DNA from: a virus
Length of the DNA stretch: 64,000 nucleotides
IMG/VR virus record: IMGVR_UViG_3300020183_000012
Span: 32,001-96,000 of that record
Direction: 5' to 3' (one strand)
Shown: piece by piece, positions 19,026 through 29,109 of the stretch
How positions within the stretch are numbered: position 1 is the first letter of the stretch
Layout of the letters: every line of letters starts with the position of its first letter
Notes under the pieces: model-generated
Databases searched by the model: none
Told to the model about the DNA's origin: nothing
Seen by the model: only the letters and a program-made list of their open reading frames with translations
Position numbers and translations under genes: made by a program

Positions 19026-19714
19026 ATATTTACAATGGAATTTTAACTCTATGTGTTTCTTCGTGCTTTGCAAACGCAAGCGTCACTCTTGTTGATTTTG
19101 AAATTGATCCTAATGCAGACGCTCCATATTATGATGATGTAGGATTTCTTGAGGATTATCAAGGTCTTCGATTTCAATGTTTGGAAAATGGTGTACCTGA
19201 TGTTCATTCCCCCTCACAATGGAATAGTTCTGGGTGGGGTTACTATGAACGGGGGGCATGGGGGTCTATTCCCGGTGGTCCTATCCCCGGAGCGGGTGTT
19301 GGTGTGATTGGAGATAGAGCAGCATTTACTCCCTTTTACTCTAACTGGTGGCACAATCCAGTGAATACCAGATGGTCAATCAGTAGAGTTAATGGTGGAG
19401 ATTGGCATTTCTTTGGTGCTTGGTTCACAGCCATGTGGAATCCGGGAAACATTCGTGTTCAAGGAATCAAGGACGGTCAAACTGTATTTGATTATTCACA
19501 AAGCATTTCAAGCGAGTATCGTTCTTGGCTAAGTTATGGAGCAGGGTATGAAATTGATACTCTGTTGATTTGGAATAATATTTCAGGTCAATTTGATGAT
19601 CGCAAGCATTTCATAATGGACAATTTCTACTACATGGAAGCTGTTCCTGCTCCCGGAGCATTTGCGCTTGGGATGGTTAGTTTTGTGTTTGGAACAAGTC
19701 GTAGGAGAAAGTAA
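19022..19714 (+). CDS. PEP-CTERM-type (VPAPG) exported protein
   Basis: Signal peptide ending FANA-SV; C-terminal VPAPGAFALGMVSFVFGTSRRRK. Confidence 0.8.
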   Translation: MNIYNGILTLCVSSCFANASVTLVDFEIDPNADAPYYDDVGFLEDYQGLRFQCLENGVPDVHSPSQWNSSGWGYYERGAWGSIPGGPIPGAGVGVIGDRAAFTPFYSNWWHNPVNTRWSISRVNGGDWHFFGAWFTAMWNPGNIRVQGIKDGQTVFDYSQSISSEYRSWLSYGAGYEIDTLLIWNNISGQFDDRKHFIMDNFYYMEAVPAPGAFALGMVSFVFGTSRRRK

Positions 19715-19810
19715 TGACCGAATATTTACTATTTGTTTCTGTGTTTGAACTTCTAGTTATTGTTTGGTTGTTAATTGACAATTACAAAATGTTTTGCGAA
19801 TTGAGGAAGA

Positions 19811-19948
19811 ATGGACAGAAAGATGCTTGACAAACTTGAGGAGTTGTTCTATAATTTCGGTGAAACATCTAAACACATTGGTCGTGTGTAGACTGATGGT
19901 GTCGCACAGAGCAAGGGGTGGGACTGCTTCAAGGAGACACTCTCATGA
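19811..19948 (+). pseudogene. Disrupted chimeric paralog of 13850-14032
   Basis: MDRKMLDKLEELFYNFGETSKHIGRV*TDG.. with TAG at 19889-19891 where the paralog has GAG; continues into a KGWDCF tail like 18420-18683. Confidence 0.6.
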
Positions 19949-20196
19949 TGACTGAGATTACACCTGGTTCTGAAGACGATACGAAAGGCGAGTTTTACCA
20001 TATTCTTCTTGATGCACGCAGTTTGCGTACCGCTGCGGACGCGGTTGACGTTACGATGCCCAAGTGGATGGGGGAGGCCATGCGTCGGACAGCAACTGAA
20101 GTTGAGAGGATGGTTGGCATGATTCAACTTATGCGCATTGAGCATGAATTTAGACCGGAGGGGCCTTCGGCCCCTCCGGAAAACAGTGCGAAGTAG
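19945..20196 (+). CDS. Hypothetical protein
   Basis: SD AAGGAG; MMTEITPG.. Confidence 0.55.
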   Translation: MMTEITPGSEDDTKGEFYHILLDARSLRTAADAVDVTMPKWMGEAMRRTATEVERMVGMIQLMRIEHEFRPEGPSAPPENSAK

Positions 20197-20232
20197 GCCT
20201 GTCTCTTGCCCCCGAAAAAATTAATTCTTTTT

Positions 20233-20255
20233 GCCCCTCTCCGGAGGGGTTTTTT
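20233..20255 (+). terminator. Intrinsic terminator
   Basis: CCCCTC-TCCG-GAGGGG-TTTTTT. Confidence 0.7.
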
Positions 20256-20322
20256 ATTACAATTTGAGTAGACGATAAAGATATTTTACAGGATAGTTCC
20301 TTTAAATTATTTAATTATTTCT

Positions 20323-21804
20323 ATGAAATCCAATTGGTACAAGAAGTCTGGGAGTGGTTTTTGGGGCAAATTGTTCCGGGGGGATAAGCGGGTTATGTCC
20401 TCGGAGGAGCGCATTGCATTTCTCCGTAGCATTAGTGGTAAATTTGACGAGTTCCGTGGTGGGCATGATCCTGTTGCTTATGAAAAAGCCAAGGCTTTGG
20501 TAGAGGACCCGCAGACAGGCGTTGATGTCCTTGAGCTTATTTTAGAAGATGGTAGACTTCCTGAAACCATAAAGTTATTTATTTTTGGTAACCCGAACAT
20601 GGACGAAGATCTTCTCGAGAAATTGATTGATAGTCCTCATCAAGTATTTTATACTCGTGCAGCCTTTTCACCAAAGGCTACCGACAAAATTTTCAATAAA
20701 ATAATGCATCGTTGGATGAGAAGTCCTACCTCCGAGGACTTTGACTCAAATTACTGGAGAATTAAGTATGCAGTAATGAATCCTGTTGCTCCAACTTGGT
20801 TTTTGGCATTTGTGGCAAGATCAGTAAAATTGGTCCACCTTCTGGTTGAAGCTGTTAAAGATAATCATCTTAGATTAGAAAACATGTCTTATGATGTATT
20901 GTTTGGTGTGGTAACGAATAGAGATCGAAAATTTGTAGAGGAATCAAAAGAATTTAAAGACCGTTGCCTTTCTTTGATTAAAGATCGGGCCATTGAAGGG
21001 ATAAGTAAAGGTACGGTTTCTTATGACAATGCTGACTTTAACCGTATCAACAAGATGATGAATGAAACGGCTGAGCATGGGGGTAATGTTAGGCATTCTC
21101 TTATGGGAGTCCGGGCAGAAAATACCAAAGAAAGAGAAGAGTATTTGTCTGAATTGACTTCAGTTGCCGTAAATCCAAACACTCCTGAAAAAGTGCTTCT
21201 TATGATGATAGAAAACTCTTTACATCGTAATATAATTACTTCACATACATATTTTCCTAAATTGATTGGGATGAATAACGGTGCTTCTCCTGCAGTTTTA
21301 AAATCATTAATTACTTTTGATGAACGGGGCCCCGTGATAAATGGATTAGATGCCATAGAAGAAAATGCAGATTTGAAAAGATTGGTTTTTAGCCATCCTA
21401 ATTTTACACGTGAATTATACGATGTGGCGCTTAAATCAATTTTTGAAAATCCTAGAACACAAATTCCGCATGTTGTGGCACGCTTATTGGCTGACTCTAA
21501 GTTTACAACTAAAAAAGAAATAGAATATATTTTGTATAAGTTAGAAGAAATGATATCCGGAGATTATATTTACTCCAACGACGTAATGGTACAAGGGGTG
21601 GCAACGCCTTTTGTAAACAAATTTATTCATGATTCTAAGCTTATGGGTATTTTTAATGATTTATTTAAAAAAGGTATGGATAGGCATGTAAGGTGGGGGG
21701 CATACAGTGAATCCCTTATTGTAAAAAGATTACGATGGGTTAAGAGTAAGTTTTCAGGAACTCCCAAGGCAGCAATGGTTGTAGAGTGGGATATGAAATT
21801 ATGA
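20323..21804 (+). CDS. LRV/HEAT-like repeat protein, paralog family member
   Basis: MKSNWYKKS; NPNM, NPVAP, NPNTP, HPNFT, NPRT repeats; IVKRLRWVKS. Confidence 0.8.
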   Translation: MKSNWYKKSGSGFWGKLFRGDKRVMSSEERIAFLRSISGKFDEFRGGHDPVAYEKAKALVEDPQTGVDVLELILEDGRLPETIKLFIFGNPNMDEDLLEKLIDSPHQVFYTRAAFSPKATDKIFNKIMHRWMRSPTSEDFDSNYWRIKYAVMNPVAPTWFLAFVARSVKLVHLLVEAVKDNHLRLENMSYDVLFGVVTNRDRKFVEESKEFKDRCLSLIKDRAIEGISKGTVSYDNADFNRINKMMNETAEHGGNVRHSLMGVRAENTKEREEYLSELTSVAVNPNTPEKVLLMMIENSLHRNIITSHTYFPKLIGMNNGASPAVLKSLITFDERGPVINGLDAIEENADLKRLVFSHPNFTRELYDVALKSIFENPRTQIPHVVARLLADSKFTTKKEIEYILYKLEEMISGDYIYSNDVMVQGVATPFVNKFIHDSKLMGIFNDLFKKGMDRHVRWGAYSESLIVKRLRWVKSKFSGTPKAAMVVEWDMKL

Positions 21805-23309
21805 AGATTAACTGGTACAAGACATCACAGAGTCAAGGGAATTGCAAAATGACACTTGACCATTTTAAGCAATTGGGCGAACAGTTGGGCAGACAAAATA
21901 GTTTTCTTTTTAATACTAAGGGATACCAGGAATCTCTACTTGAATGGTCGCGCTGCATGCGCTCTGCCCTTGATCCAAGCACAACAGGCGAATATAGAGT
22001 GCCAAATCCAGGAGACATGGAAGGGTTGATGATAAGTATTGCTAAGGGTGAAAAAGTCGTGGATATACCTGAGACTCTCCAGAACATATCCAGATGGTAT
22101 GGCTCTGCTTGTATGGCTTACCTTTCTGGGGTGTTAAAATTATTTAAGGGGCGGTTTCCAATGGAAAATTTAAAATCACTGAGGAGCGGAATGTGGGCTG
22201 AAAGGTTACCATTCTGGCTTGCTGACAAGGAATCTTTGGAGCGGGTCCTTGAATTTACAAAAACTTCTGAATATAATTCTGCCATAGTTGCTGGGTCTTG
22301 GGTCTACGGTGTCATGAACAATCCCAACTCTCCGCATGAGTTGCAGAAAAAAATATTTGATGACATGGTAAAAAATAAAAATTTGATTATGGCGACAAGC
22401 ACACAAGACTCTCATTCGGCTGAAGTTGCGGTTGGATTAATGTGCAACCCAAATGGGAACCAAGATGTGATGAAATCCATGTTATCCGGTGGCATAATTC
22501 ACTTAAACTCCACTTTGGTAAAAATGATAAATGCCAACAATGGAATTTTTAACAAGATGTGGAGTTGGAGATCTGCGCATACTGGGAAAGTGACTCCGAA
22601 TGAATCTGTTCTTCAAGTTGTTTCTGAGTACATAAACAAGATTGTCAGCCAGTGGCATTCGTCAATGTTCGACTCCATGAGGGCAATGGACTCAGCACCT
22701 CTGTATCCGATGATGGAATTGGTAATGTGGATGAATGTTTACAGTAAGAATCCAGAGACTATAAGGAGGAATTACGACACCTACCTGAAGGCAACGTTGA
22801 TAAAGGCAAGACCTAATGAAGAACAATCGCCAGTGTCAAAAATTGGCAAGGGAGGATTAATTCTTCCTGCATCTTATCTGACCCACAACTTGATTATGAG
22901 TTTTGTCATGAGGCAGTCAGCACTGAAAGACGAAGACGTGCAGCAGTTAATGGAGATTCTGATAAAGCATCACTTTGAGCAGCATGCGTTCGGAATGGAT
23001 CCTAGTGGTTCCTCTGCTGGAATTCCTATAGCTCCAATTATACTTAGCCTGACTAGTTTTGATACACGCGCTGGGATAGAAGGTTCACATCAAGCGGAGA
23101 TAAGCGGAAATTTCACGAACAAAAAACTAAAGGAGTCTTTTGATGGAGCTTTAAGAAGATTTGATTTTAAAACATTTATGAAAAAGATTAAGGATAATCC
23201 GAATGAATTCATAGATGTTCGTGGCAGTACAATAGGTAGCTTTAATTTGTATTCAATTAGACTTACTATTGTCAAAAGCCTGGAAATGCACAAGGGGGCA
23301 AGTTTATGA
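21801..23309 (+). CDS. Helical repeat protein, paralog family member
   Basis: ATGA overlap; MKINWYKTSQ; NPNSP, NPNG; SIRLTIVKS. Confidence 0.8.
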   Translation: MKINWYKTSQSQGNCKMTLDHFKQLGEQLGRQNSFLFNTKGYQESLLEWSRCMRSALDPSTTGEYRVPNPGDMEGLMISIAKGEKVVDIPETLQNISRWYGSACMAYLSGVLKLFKGRFPMENLKSLRSGMWAERLPFWLADKESLERVLEFTKTSEYNSAIVAGSWVYGVMNNPNSPHELQKKIFDDMVKNKNLIMATSTQDSHSAEVAVGLMCNPNGNQDVMKSMLSGGIIHLNSTLVKMINANNGIFNKMWSWRSAHTGKVTPNESVLQVVSEYINKIVSQWHSSMFDSMRAMDSAPLYPMMELVMWMNVYSKNPETIRRNYDTYLKATLIKARPNEEQSPVSKIGKGGLILPASYLTHNLIMSFVMRQSALKDEDVQQLMEILIKHHFEQHAFGMDPSGSSAGIPIAPIILSLTSFDTRAGIEGSHQAEISGNFTNKKLKESFDGALRRFDFKTFMKKIKDNPNEFIDVRGSTIGSFNLYSIRLTIVKSLEMHKGASL

Positions 23310-24805
23310 CGTGGTACAAATCTGCGCAGACTGGATCGCCCGAATGTGAAATGTCAAATGATGAGCTACTCGCATACTCAAAATTTGTCATTAACCTAAG
23401 AAAAAAATCAGGTTACCAAGATTTTTTTCCTGAAGATATATTGAAAAACTATCCGTCAGTGGTTGAACTTATTCGATCTGGATACGCTCCTCTTGCATTC
23501 TCTAGGTGTATGAGAAAGGAAGCTAAGCCATGGGGAATACAAGGAAGCTGGGGACCATACTGGGCACTTGAGAAACTTTTGCTCGATGACCTTGGCATAG
23601 ACTCGATGTACTCTCGTCATTCAATAATCGATGAGACAAGAGCAAATCTTGCTCATTGGTTCATGGAGACCTACATGCCATTAGCGGTAGATAGCCCAAA
23701 TAGATCAAGGGATTCTCAGGTCGTGTTAATTTCAAGCAAATACATAAGCACTGAGATGATAGATGCATTTTGGGAATTGGACAGAAATGAAAGGGAGAAA
23801 GCGAGTGGTTCACGAAACGAAATGTCATGGATGATCAGAGAGGAAACCTACGCAACATTATTTAAAAACCAAAACACCTCAAGCAAAATTCAGCTAGAAA
23901 TAGCTAAGCTTACGGGGTACAGGAACGATTCTTTCCACTGGCTTATCAAAAATCCGAATGGCAGTGGCGATGCCATGAATTGGATGCTTAGCAATGATAA
24001 AAAGAATACTTTTACCTCTTACGGCAGAAACGGCGTGAATGCCCTGTTCTTCGACATGTCACCGGGAGCAACAATAAATGACTCAATTGCAGAAGTATTG
24101 AGTCATCATATGCTTAAAATTTTTGATAGTAAAAAATATGATATTCACGGGAAAGGCCTACCCGATCCCGGTAGAACTGGCGAGTTCAGCTACGAAGAAA
24201 AATCTACGCTGATGGAATATCTTATTAAAATTTGCACGAAAACCAAGAGCAAAACAGCAATGCAAAACCTTTTTTCACTTGCCCTTGCGATGGGAGGAAT
24301 ACAGAAAAAAGAACACAGTTTGGAGCCACTGAAAAGCAGGCATATTTTTAATGCCTATAGCCCCCAAAGTGCCACACTTATGATTTTGCGTTTGCTTTCT
24401 CCATTCGTGGTAAATCATGAAAAAATGGACAAAGAATCAGTGCAAAAGATACTTATATACATCTCTAGTATAGACAATCTCTACATGGAAGAAGTGATGG
24501 AAAGTAAAGGAATGACATTGATTGGTTTCGACACGCTTGGCATCATATGGTCTTCCTACAGAAGTATTGCTGGAACGAAATCCTTCGTGACCGAGCAATC
24601 GTATGAAAGACATGGACAGGAATTTACAGAATTTATGACTGACAGCAAAAAAAAGATACTAGATGCGGTCAAAAGCTTAGACATAAAAAAATTCTTTGCT
24701 CATGCATATAGCATAGGAATGCCCAAGTTGAATATGTACAAGGTTGCCATAAGTCAAGCTAAAATAAAAATGGGTAAAATGGATTCATGGGCCAGTCGCT
24801 TATGA
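23306..24805 (+). CDS. Helical repeat protein, paralog family member
   Basis: ATGA overlap; MTWYKSAQ; NQNTS, NPNG similar to the preceding gene. Confidence 0.8.
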   Translation: MTWYKSAQTGSPECEMSNDELLAYSKFVINLRKKSGYQDFFPEDILKNYPSVVELIRSGYAPLAFSRCMRKEAKPWGIQGSWGPYWALEKLLLDDLGIDSMYSRHSIIDETRANLAHWFMETYMPLAVDSPNRSRDSQVVLISSKYISTEMIDAFWELDRNEREKASGSRNEMSWMIREETYATLFKNQNTSSKIQLEIAKLTGYRNDSFHWLIKNPNGSGDAMNWMLSNDKKNTFTSYGRNGVNALFFDMSPGATINDSIAEVLSHHMLKIFDSKKYDIHGKGLPDPGRTGEFSYEEKSTLMEYLIKICTKTKSKTAMQNLFSLALAMGGIQKKEHSLEPLKSRHIFNAYSPQSATLMILRLLSPFVVNHEKMDKESVQKILIYISSIDNLYMEEVMESKGMTLIGFDTLGIIWSSYRSIAGTKSFVTEQSYERHGQEFTEFMTDSKKKILDAVKSLDIKKFFAHAYSIGMPKLNMYKVAISQAKIKMGKMDSWASRL

Positions 24806-24965
24806 ATTATTAAATTATTTACTTTTTGAGAAGCGAACAAAGATTGACGATATAGTCCTGTTGATATTCAGTTGTTAAACTGCAGTCAATTATAAAACAA
24901 GAGGGCTTAAATAATGTGTTACCTCAAAAGAGAAACTTCTCGCACTGAAAAGCAGTCTTAAGAAA

Positions 24966-25325
24966 ATGATAGAAAAAATCTGTCCCAAAATACCTCACAC
25001 ATTCAAAGCCAGGTACGGCCTAGTCAGGCACCTCCACAAGATATGCGAAGGAACATACATAATTGAGGGTTCTTCCCGCTTCTCAAGGGGAGCAGAGGGC
25101 ATGGTTGATTTTGAAGGCGGTCCATTTATTGCGGTGGGCATGCCGATGGCGGCTTGCTGTGATGTCAGCGCAGACAAGGAGTGCGGCGTAACCATTCCTG
25201 AAAACGAGACCGTTGACGGCGTCAAATTTATAAGGCATGAAGAGGCTTGCGCACTGAAGGGGATATCGCCTGATGATGCTGCACCGGAATACTATTGTTA
25301 CGTTAAAATAACAACAAAAAAATGA
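24966..25325 (+). CDS. Hypothetical phage protein
   Basis: ARYG..R and VDFEGGPFI.VG motif. Confidence 0.65.
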   Translation: MIEKICPKIPHTFKARYGLVRHLHKICEGTYIIEGSSRFSRGAEGMVDFEGGPFIAVGMPMAACCDVSADKECGVTIPENETVDGVKFIRHEEACALKGISPDDAAPEYYCYVKITTKK

Positions 25326-25551
25326 CCTAAGCCATGGCACTGAAGAAGATAACGAAAAAGCCGAAAAATAAGCAAAAAATAAAGCCTTTTGACACAGTTG
25401 ATGCGGCCAAGCTTATTGAAAAAATTCGCAAAGAACTTCGCATGGTGGGGATGATCCCAGGCGTAAGCACCGAACCAAAAAAATGAAGGTTGGGTTTTTT
25501 ATTTTTCCCTTCTGCCGATAAATCAGTAGGCGGATTTTGCCGCATCAAAAA

Positions 25552-25893
25552 ATGATAACCATAAGTGTAAAAACACCAGCAAAACCAGCAACTCCTGAAT
25601 CTTATGAAGAGTGGACATCAGAGAAGATCAGGATTAAGTTTGGTAACGATCCTGAAGGTATCCTCATGAAGCTTCTTGATCTATGCGAAAGGCAAGCAAC
25701 CGAGATAGTGGCACTGAATAGCATGATTCGTGAGTGTGAAAAAGATTTCCTAAATTACTCTCGCAACAGCGAGAGAAGCACTGAAGAGATCTTAAAGCTT
25801 CAAAAGCAAATCGACGACTGCAACGAATACAATAAAAACACAAGAGATAAAATACTTGGAGCAATAGGAATACATGAAATCAAGAATCAATGA
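25552..25893 (+). CDS. Hypothetical coiled-coil protein
   Basis: ORF downstream of a GCCGATAAA motif. Confidence 0.55.
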   Translation: MITISVKTPAKPATPESYEEWTSEKIRIKFGNDPEGILMKLLDLCERQATEIVALNSMIRECEKDFLNYSRNSERSTEEILKLQKQIDDCNEYNKNTRDKILGAIGIHEIKNQ

Positions 25894-26083
25894 CAGGAAA
25901 ATAAACAAGAAATCAATCCTAATTCGGCCAGCACCGAAAATAATCACGAAAGTGATAAGCAGGGCCAAGTCTGATCAGAGAATTGCATCGCTCAACACCC
26001 TTAAACTGATGGTAGTTGTAGGAGCACTGATACTAAGTTTTGCAATGTATTCAATCTCTATTTTTTACTGGCTATGGAAATAA
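25874..26083 (+). CDS. Small membrane protein
   Basis: Basic N-terminus, C-terminal TM. Confidence 0.5.
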   Translation: MKSRINDRKINKKSILIRPAPKIITKVISRAKSDQRIASLNTLKLMVVVGALILSFAMYSISIFYWLWK

Positions 26084-26098
26084 AAAGAAAGGTAAACA

Positions 26099-26500
26099 AT
26101 GAAATCCATTTATAAGAAATCGTTTTTTTCGTCCCTAAATTATTCACTCATGATGTTACTTTCGAATCATGCCTGCAAGCTGAGTATATCTCTGCTGTGG
26201 GTTGCCTTATTCTTAGCACTCACATCGGAAAACAAATACGTTGTAGCAACAGCACTGACTCTGTCTTTGCCCCTTGCCACGTACTTTTTGATTAATTTCC
26301 ATAAGTATTGTGTCTCGCCGCAGCGCCCGTGGTTCTCGTTTCGAGATGTACGAGATGTACTTACCCATCCGGGTTACGACATGACGAGAATGCAAAGTAA
26401 TGATTTTTCATTTGGTAACGACCGCAAGAGTTCGTGCTACGGTGGCTGCGCCAAAGGTGAAGCCGAGATGAGAGCCGCCCTACTTCAGGGAGAGGGATAA
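26099..26500 (+). CDS. Hypothetical membrane protein
   Basis: SD AAGG; two TM segments. Confidence 0.5.
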   Translation: MKSIYKKSFFSSLNYSLMMLLSNHACKLSISLLWVALFLALTSENKYVVATALTLSLPLATYFLINFHKYCVSPQRPWFSFRDVRDVLTHPGYDMTRMQSNDFSFGNDRKSSCYGGCAKGEAEMRAALLQGEG

Positions 26501-26923
26501 TTGACCATGAGCCCTGAAGATTACGAATATGTGTACAGGAACTCAAGCTTGTTTTCTCGTCGCCTAAGAGTTGCCAATTGGGTGTGGGATCACACAGCAT
26601 TGGTGTCAGCGTCTCTGGCAATACCTTCTTACCTAATCGCAATTTGGATATACATAAAAGTAACTTGATCCATTCACGCTTCCACACGCTCCATCCCGCT
26701 CTGTGGGAAACCTGAGCGCAACGACTCCTCTGTAAAGCGTTCACTCCTCAGCGTAGCCCTATCCTGTGAAATTAATTGGTTGAAAAATCAGATCCGTGCC
26801 GTTTAAAAAGCAAAATCTGCAATTATCCAAGCATATCTCTCTCTGCAGCTCTGAATCTTTCTATCGCCTCCCGTTATAGGGACAGGATATCCAAAAGTTG
26901 CATCGGGTGAATATACTAGAAGG

Positions 26924-27274
26924 GTGAGCCATCATCCCATGTTTCTCGTCACCCGTCCCGGAGATCGACACGAAGACCATGTTCCAGAGTCTTTCGTGAC
27001 CTTCTCCCAATTGAAACAGTTCTTTCCTTTCTCTCCCTTCATGAAGTGCGCCAAGAGCGGAGAGGAAGTCCCTGCAACGGAAGAAAACATGGTCAATTCT
27101 GATTGGCGCGAGATCAGATGCCTGAATGTGGACGAGTACAATTTCACACCCGATGAAATCTTGCACTATACATCACATGGCAATCTGCCCGATGGCAAGG
27201 CTACCCAAGGCGAAGAAGAGATCCTGCGATTCATCATTCACGTTCGACCGACCAGAAGCATCACCATACTTTAA
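26924..27274 (+). CDS. Hypothetical protein (possibly leaderless)
   Basis: GTG 6 nt after TATACT of the repeat motif. Confidence 0.6.
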   Translation: MSHHPMFLVTRPGDRHEDHVPESFVTFSQLKQFFPFSPFMKCAKSGEEVPATEENMVNSDWREIRCLNVDEYNFTPDEILHYTSHGNLPDGKATQGEEEILRFIIHVRPTRSITIL

Positions 27275-27290
27275 GAAAGAGGAACCCGCA

Positions 27291-27641
27291 ATGACCACCA
27301 AAACAAAATCAGTCTGCCTCAAGCAAAAAGCCAGAAATCTCAAGCGAGTTAAAGGCATCAAGTTTCCAAACGTTAAGTTTGACATGACTATTTCTTTTGA
27401 TCTTCAGGACAAGCATGGTATCCACGAACCCGAGGACTGGTTCCTAGAAAATGCTAAAGGGATCAAATCAGTCAAGAGGCCCGGAAGCATTATTTCTGGA
27501 ACAGGTTTCTCTTTGCTTGACGGTCTGCGCGATCTCCACTTTACTGGTTCGCGTGAACAGATGGAGGAGACTGCCAACATCTTTGCAAAGAGTCCGTTCC
27601 GAATCGAAAAAATCAGTGTCTACGTTAACAGCGATGACTAA
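27291..27641 (+). CDS. Hypothetical protein
   Basis: SD GAGGA before MTTKTK; SGTGF..LRDLHF motif. Confidence 0.6.
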   Translation: MTTKTKSVCLKQKARNLKRVKGIKFPNVKFDMTISFDLQDKHGIHEPEDWFLENAKGIKSVKRPGSIISGTGFSLLDGLRDLHFTGSREQMEETANIFAKSPFRIEKISVYVNSDD

Positions 27642-27658
27642 GAGAACTGAGAACACCA

Positions 27659-27802
27659 ATGGCTAAGATGACAATTGAAATCACCACAAGCGACGATTTT
27701 ACCGACGACGATCTCCGCAATTATGTCAAGCATTTGGCAGAAGAGTTTCTAAATGACTCAACTGGAACCGGACTCCCTGCGTGGGAAATCCATATCAAGT
27801 AG
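27659..27802 (+). CDS. 47-aa protein flanked by 19-bp direct repeats
   Basis: MAKMTIEITTSDD..; AGAACACCAATGGCTAAGA at 27650 and 27801. Confidence 0.45.
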   Translation: MAKMTIEITTSDDFTDDDLRNYVKHLAEEFLNDSTGTGLPAWEIHIK

Positions 27803-28082
27803 AACACCAATGGCTAAGAAGAAGAAAGCAAAGACCGACTCTGAGTAAGATGGTAGCCCCATCCCCCCAACCGTAGCCTTATAAACCTTACAAAATCTGC
27901 CCGTACCCTACCATCCGCAAACCCCCGAACCAATTAATTTTCGGGCATCAAAAAACATCTCCCAAACTCCCCTAGAGCCAAACCCCCAAAGGGAATGGCT
28001 CTTTTTTTACAAATTCACATAGGTACAAATAGTAACACAATAGTAATAAAAGGACACCGAACCGAAAGGAAACTAATTAAAC

Positions 28083-28583
28083 ATGAAAACAAAAATTACA
28101 AAAGATCAATGGCTCACTATAGGAAACTCCGCAGGATGGCTCACCAAGCAGGCCGTATTTCTCGGTACCCATCTTCTTGAGGAACGCCGCGAAGACCCAC
28201 TAAACAACCCAACATTCCAAACCCGTAAACTACCAACATTACTTGAAATTGGAGAACCCATACTCCCCGCAGAGTACAGCAAACTTTTCAATGCCGTCAA
28301 CAGTCATGACTACGGGCAAGTAAGGGATTATTTGGGCAAAATGACACCCGATGAACGAAAGAAGCTTGTACAAAAACTCGCAAATACATGCAAGGCCTCC
28401 ATACTCATTATGCACGAATGCTCAACACTCGGTGACATACCGAGTAGTAAACAAAGTTCACCCGAAGGATTCCCTATGAAGACACCCAAGACCCCCAGGA
28501 AACCCAGGAAACCCAAAGGATCAGGCGAAAATATAATGGGAAGTCCAGGAATGACGGGAGACACCGAAGTCCCAGGTATCTAA
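28083..28583 (+). CDS. Hypothetical protein
   Basis: N-terminal KITKDQWLTIGNSAGWLTKQA. Confidence 0.65.
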   Translation: MKTKITKDQWLTIGNSAGWLTKQAVFLGTHLLEERREDPLNNPTFQTRKLPTLLEIGEPILPAEYSKLFNAVNSHDYGQVRDYLGKMTPDERKKLVQKLANTCKASILIMHECSTLGDIPSSKQSSPEGFPMKTPKTPRKPRKPKGSGENIMGSPGMTGDTEVPGI

Positions 28584-28599
28584 AACACCACCAGAACTC

Positions 28600-29109
28600 A
28601 TGAAGTTCAACCTGTCACGGTACAACCGGACCAAAGAGGCGTCACTCCGAAAGGAAATCTCTCTGCTCGATCTATACCCCGAAGGAGAGAGAGAAGCACT
28701 AGAGGAGTACGGTCCCGTAAACCCCGCTGAAGCAGCCGCAGAAACTAAGCTTTTTCCCGAAGGTGACGAAATCCCAGATAGCCTCTCCGAACTCGCACAA
28801 AAAATACACGAAGAGATCCGCAAAGAGCAGGAGACCGGAACACAAAGAATATCCGAAATCCTCCAAATACAGGGAACCGAAGCCGAAGATAAATTAAGAT
28901 CCGCAAAGGGTGACGGACCACGATTCGGCAGACTGCTTGTACTCACCGCATTCCACCCAAACCCGTATGTACGATGGACAGGAATACACGATTTCGGGAC
29001 GGAAATATCCGCTCTACACCTAAAATACCTACTCAAGGACCCACACGCAGGAATTCAGTCACAAGCACAATGGGAGTCCGAACGCAGAGCCACCAACTCA
29101 AGATCCTGA
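28600..29109 (+). CDS. Hypothetical protein with C-terminal HEAT-like repeat
   Basis: MKFNLSRY..KEAS; HPNPYVR, LLKDPHAGIQ. Confidence 0.6.
   Translation: MKFNLSRYNRTKEASLRKEISLLDLYPEGEREALEEYGPVNPAEAAAETKLFPEGDEIPDSLSELAQKIHEEIRKEQETGTQRISEILQIQGTEAEDKLRSAKGDGPRFGRLLVLTAFHPNPYVRWTGIHDFGTEISALHLKYLLKDPHAGIQSQAQWESERRATNSRS

Noticed and set aside
26700-26765. Hammerhead ribozyme on the minus strand (CTGAGGAG)
   Set aside because: No GAAA after stem II and no suitable stems I/III.
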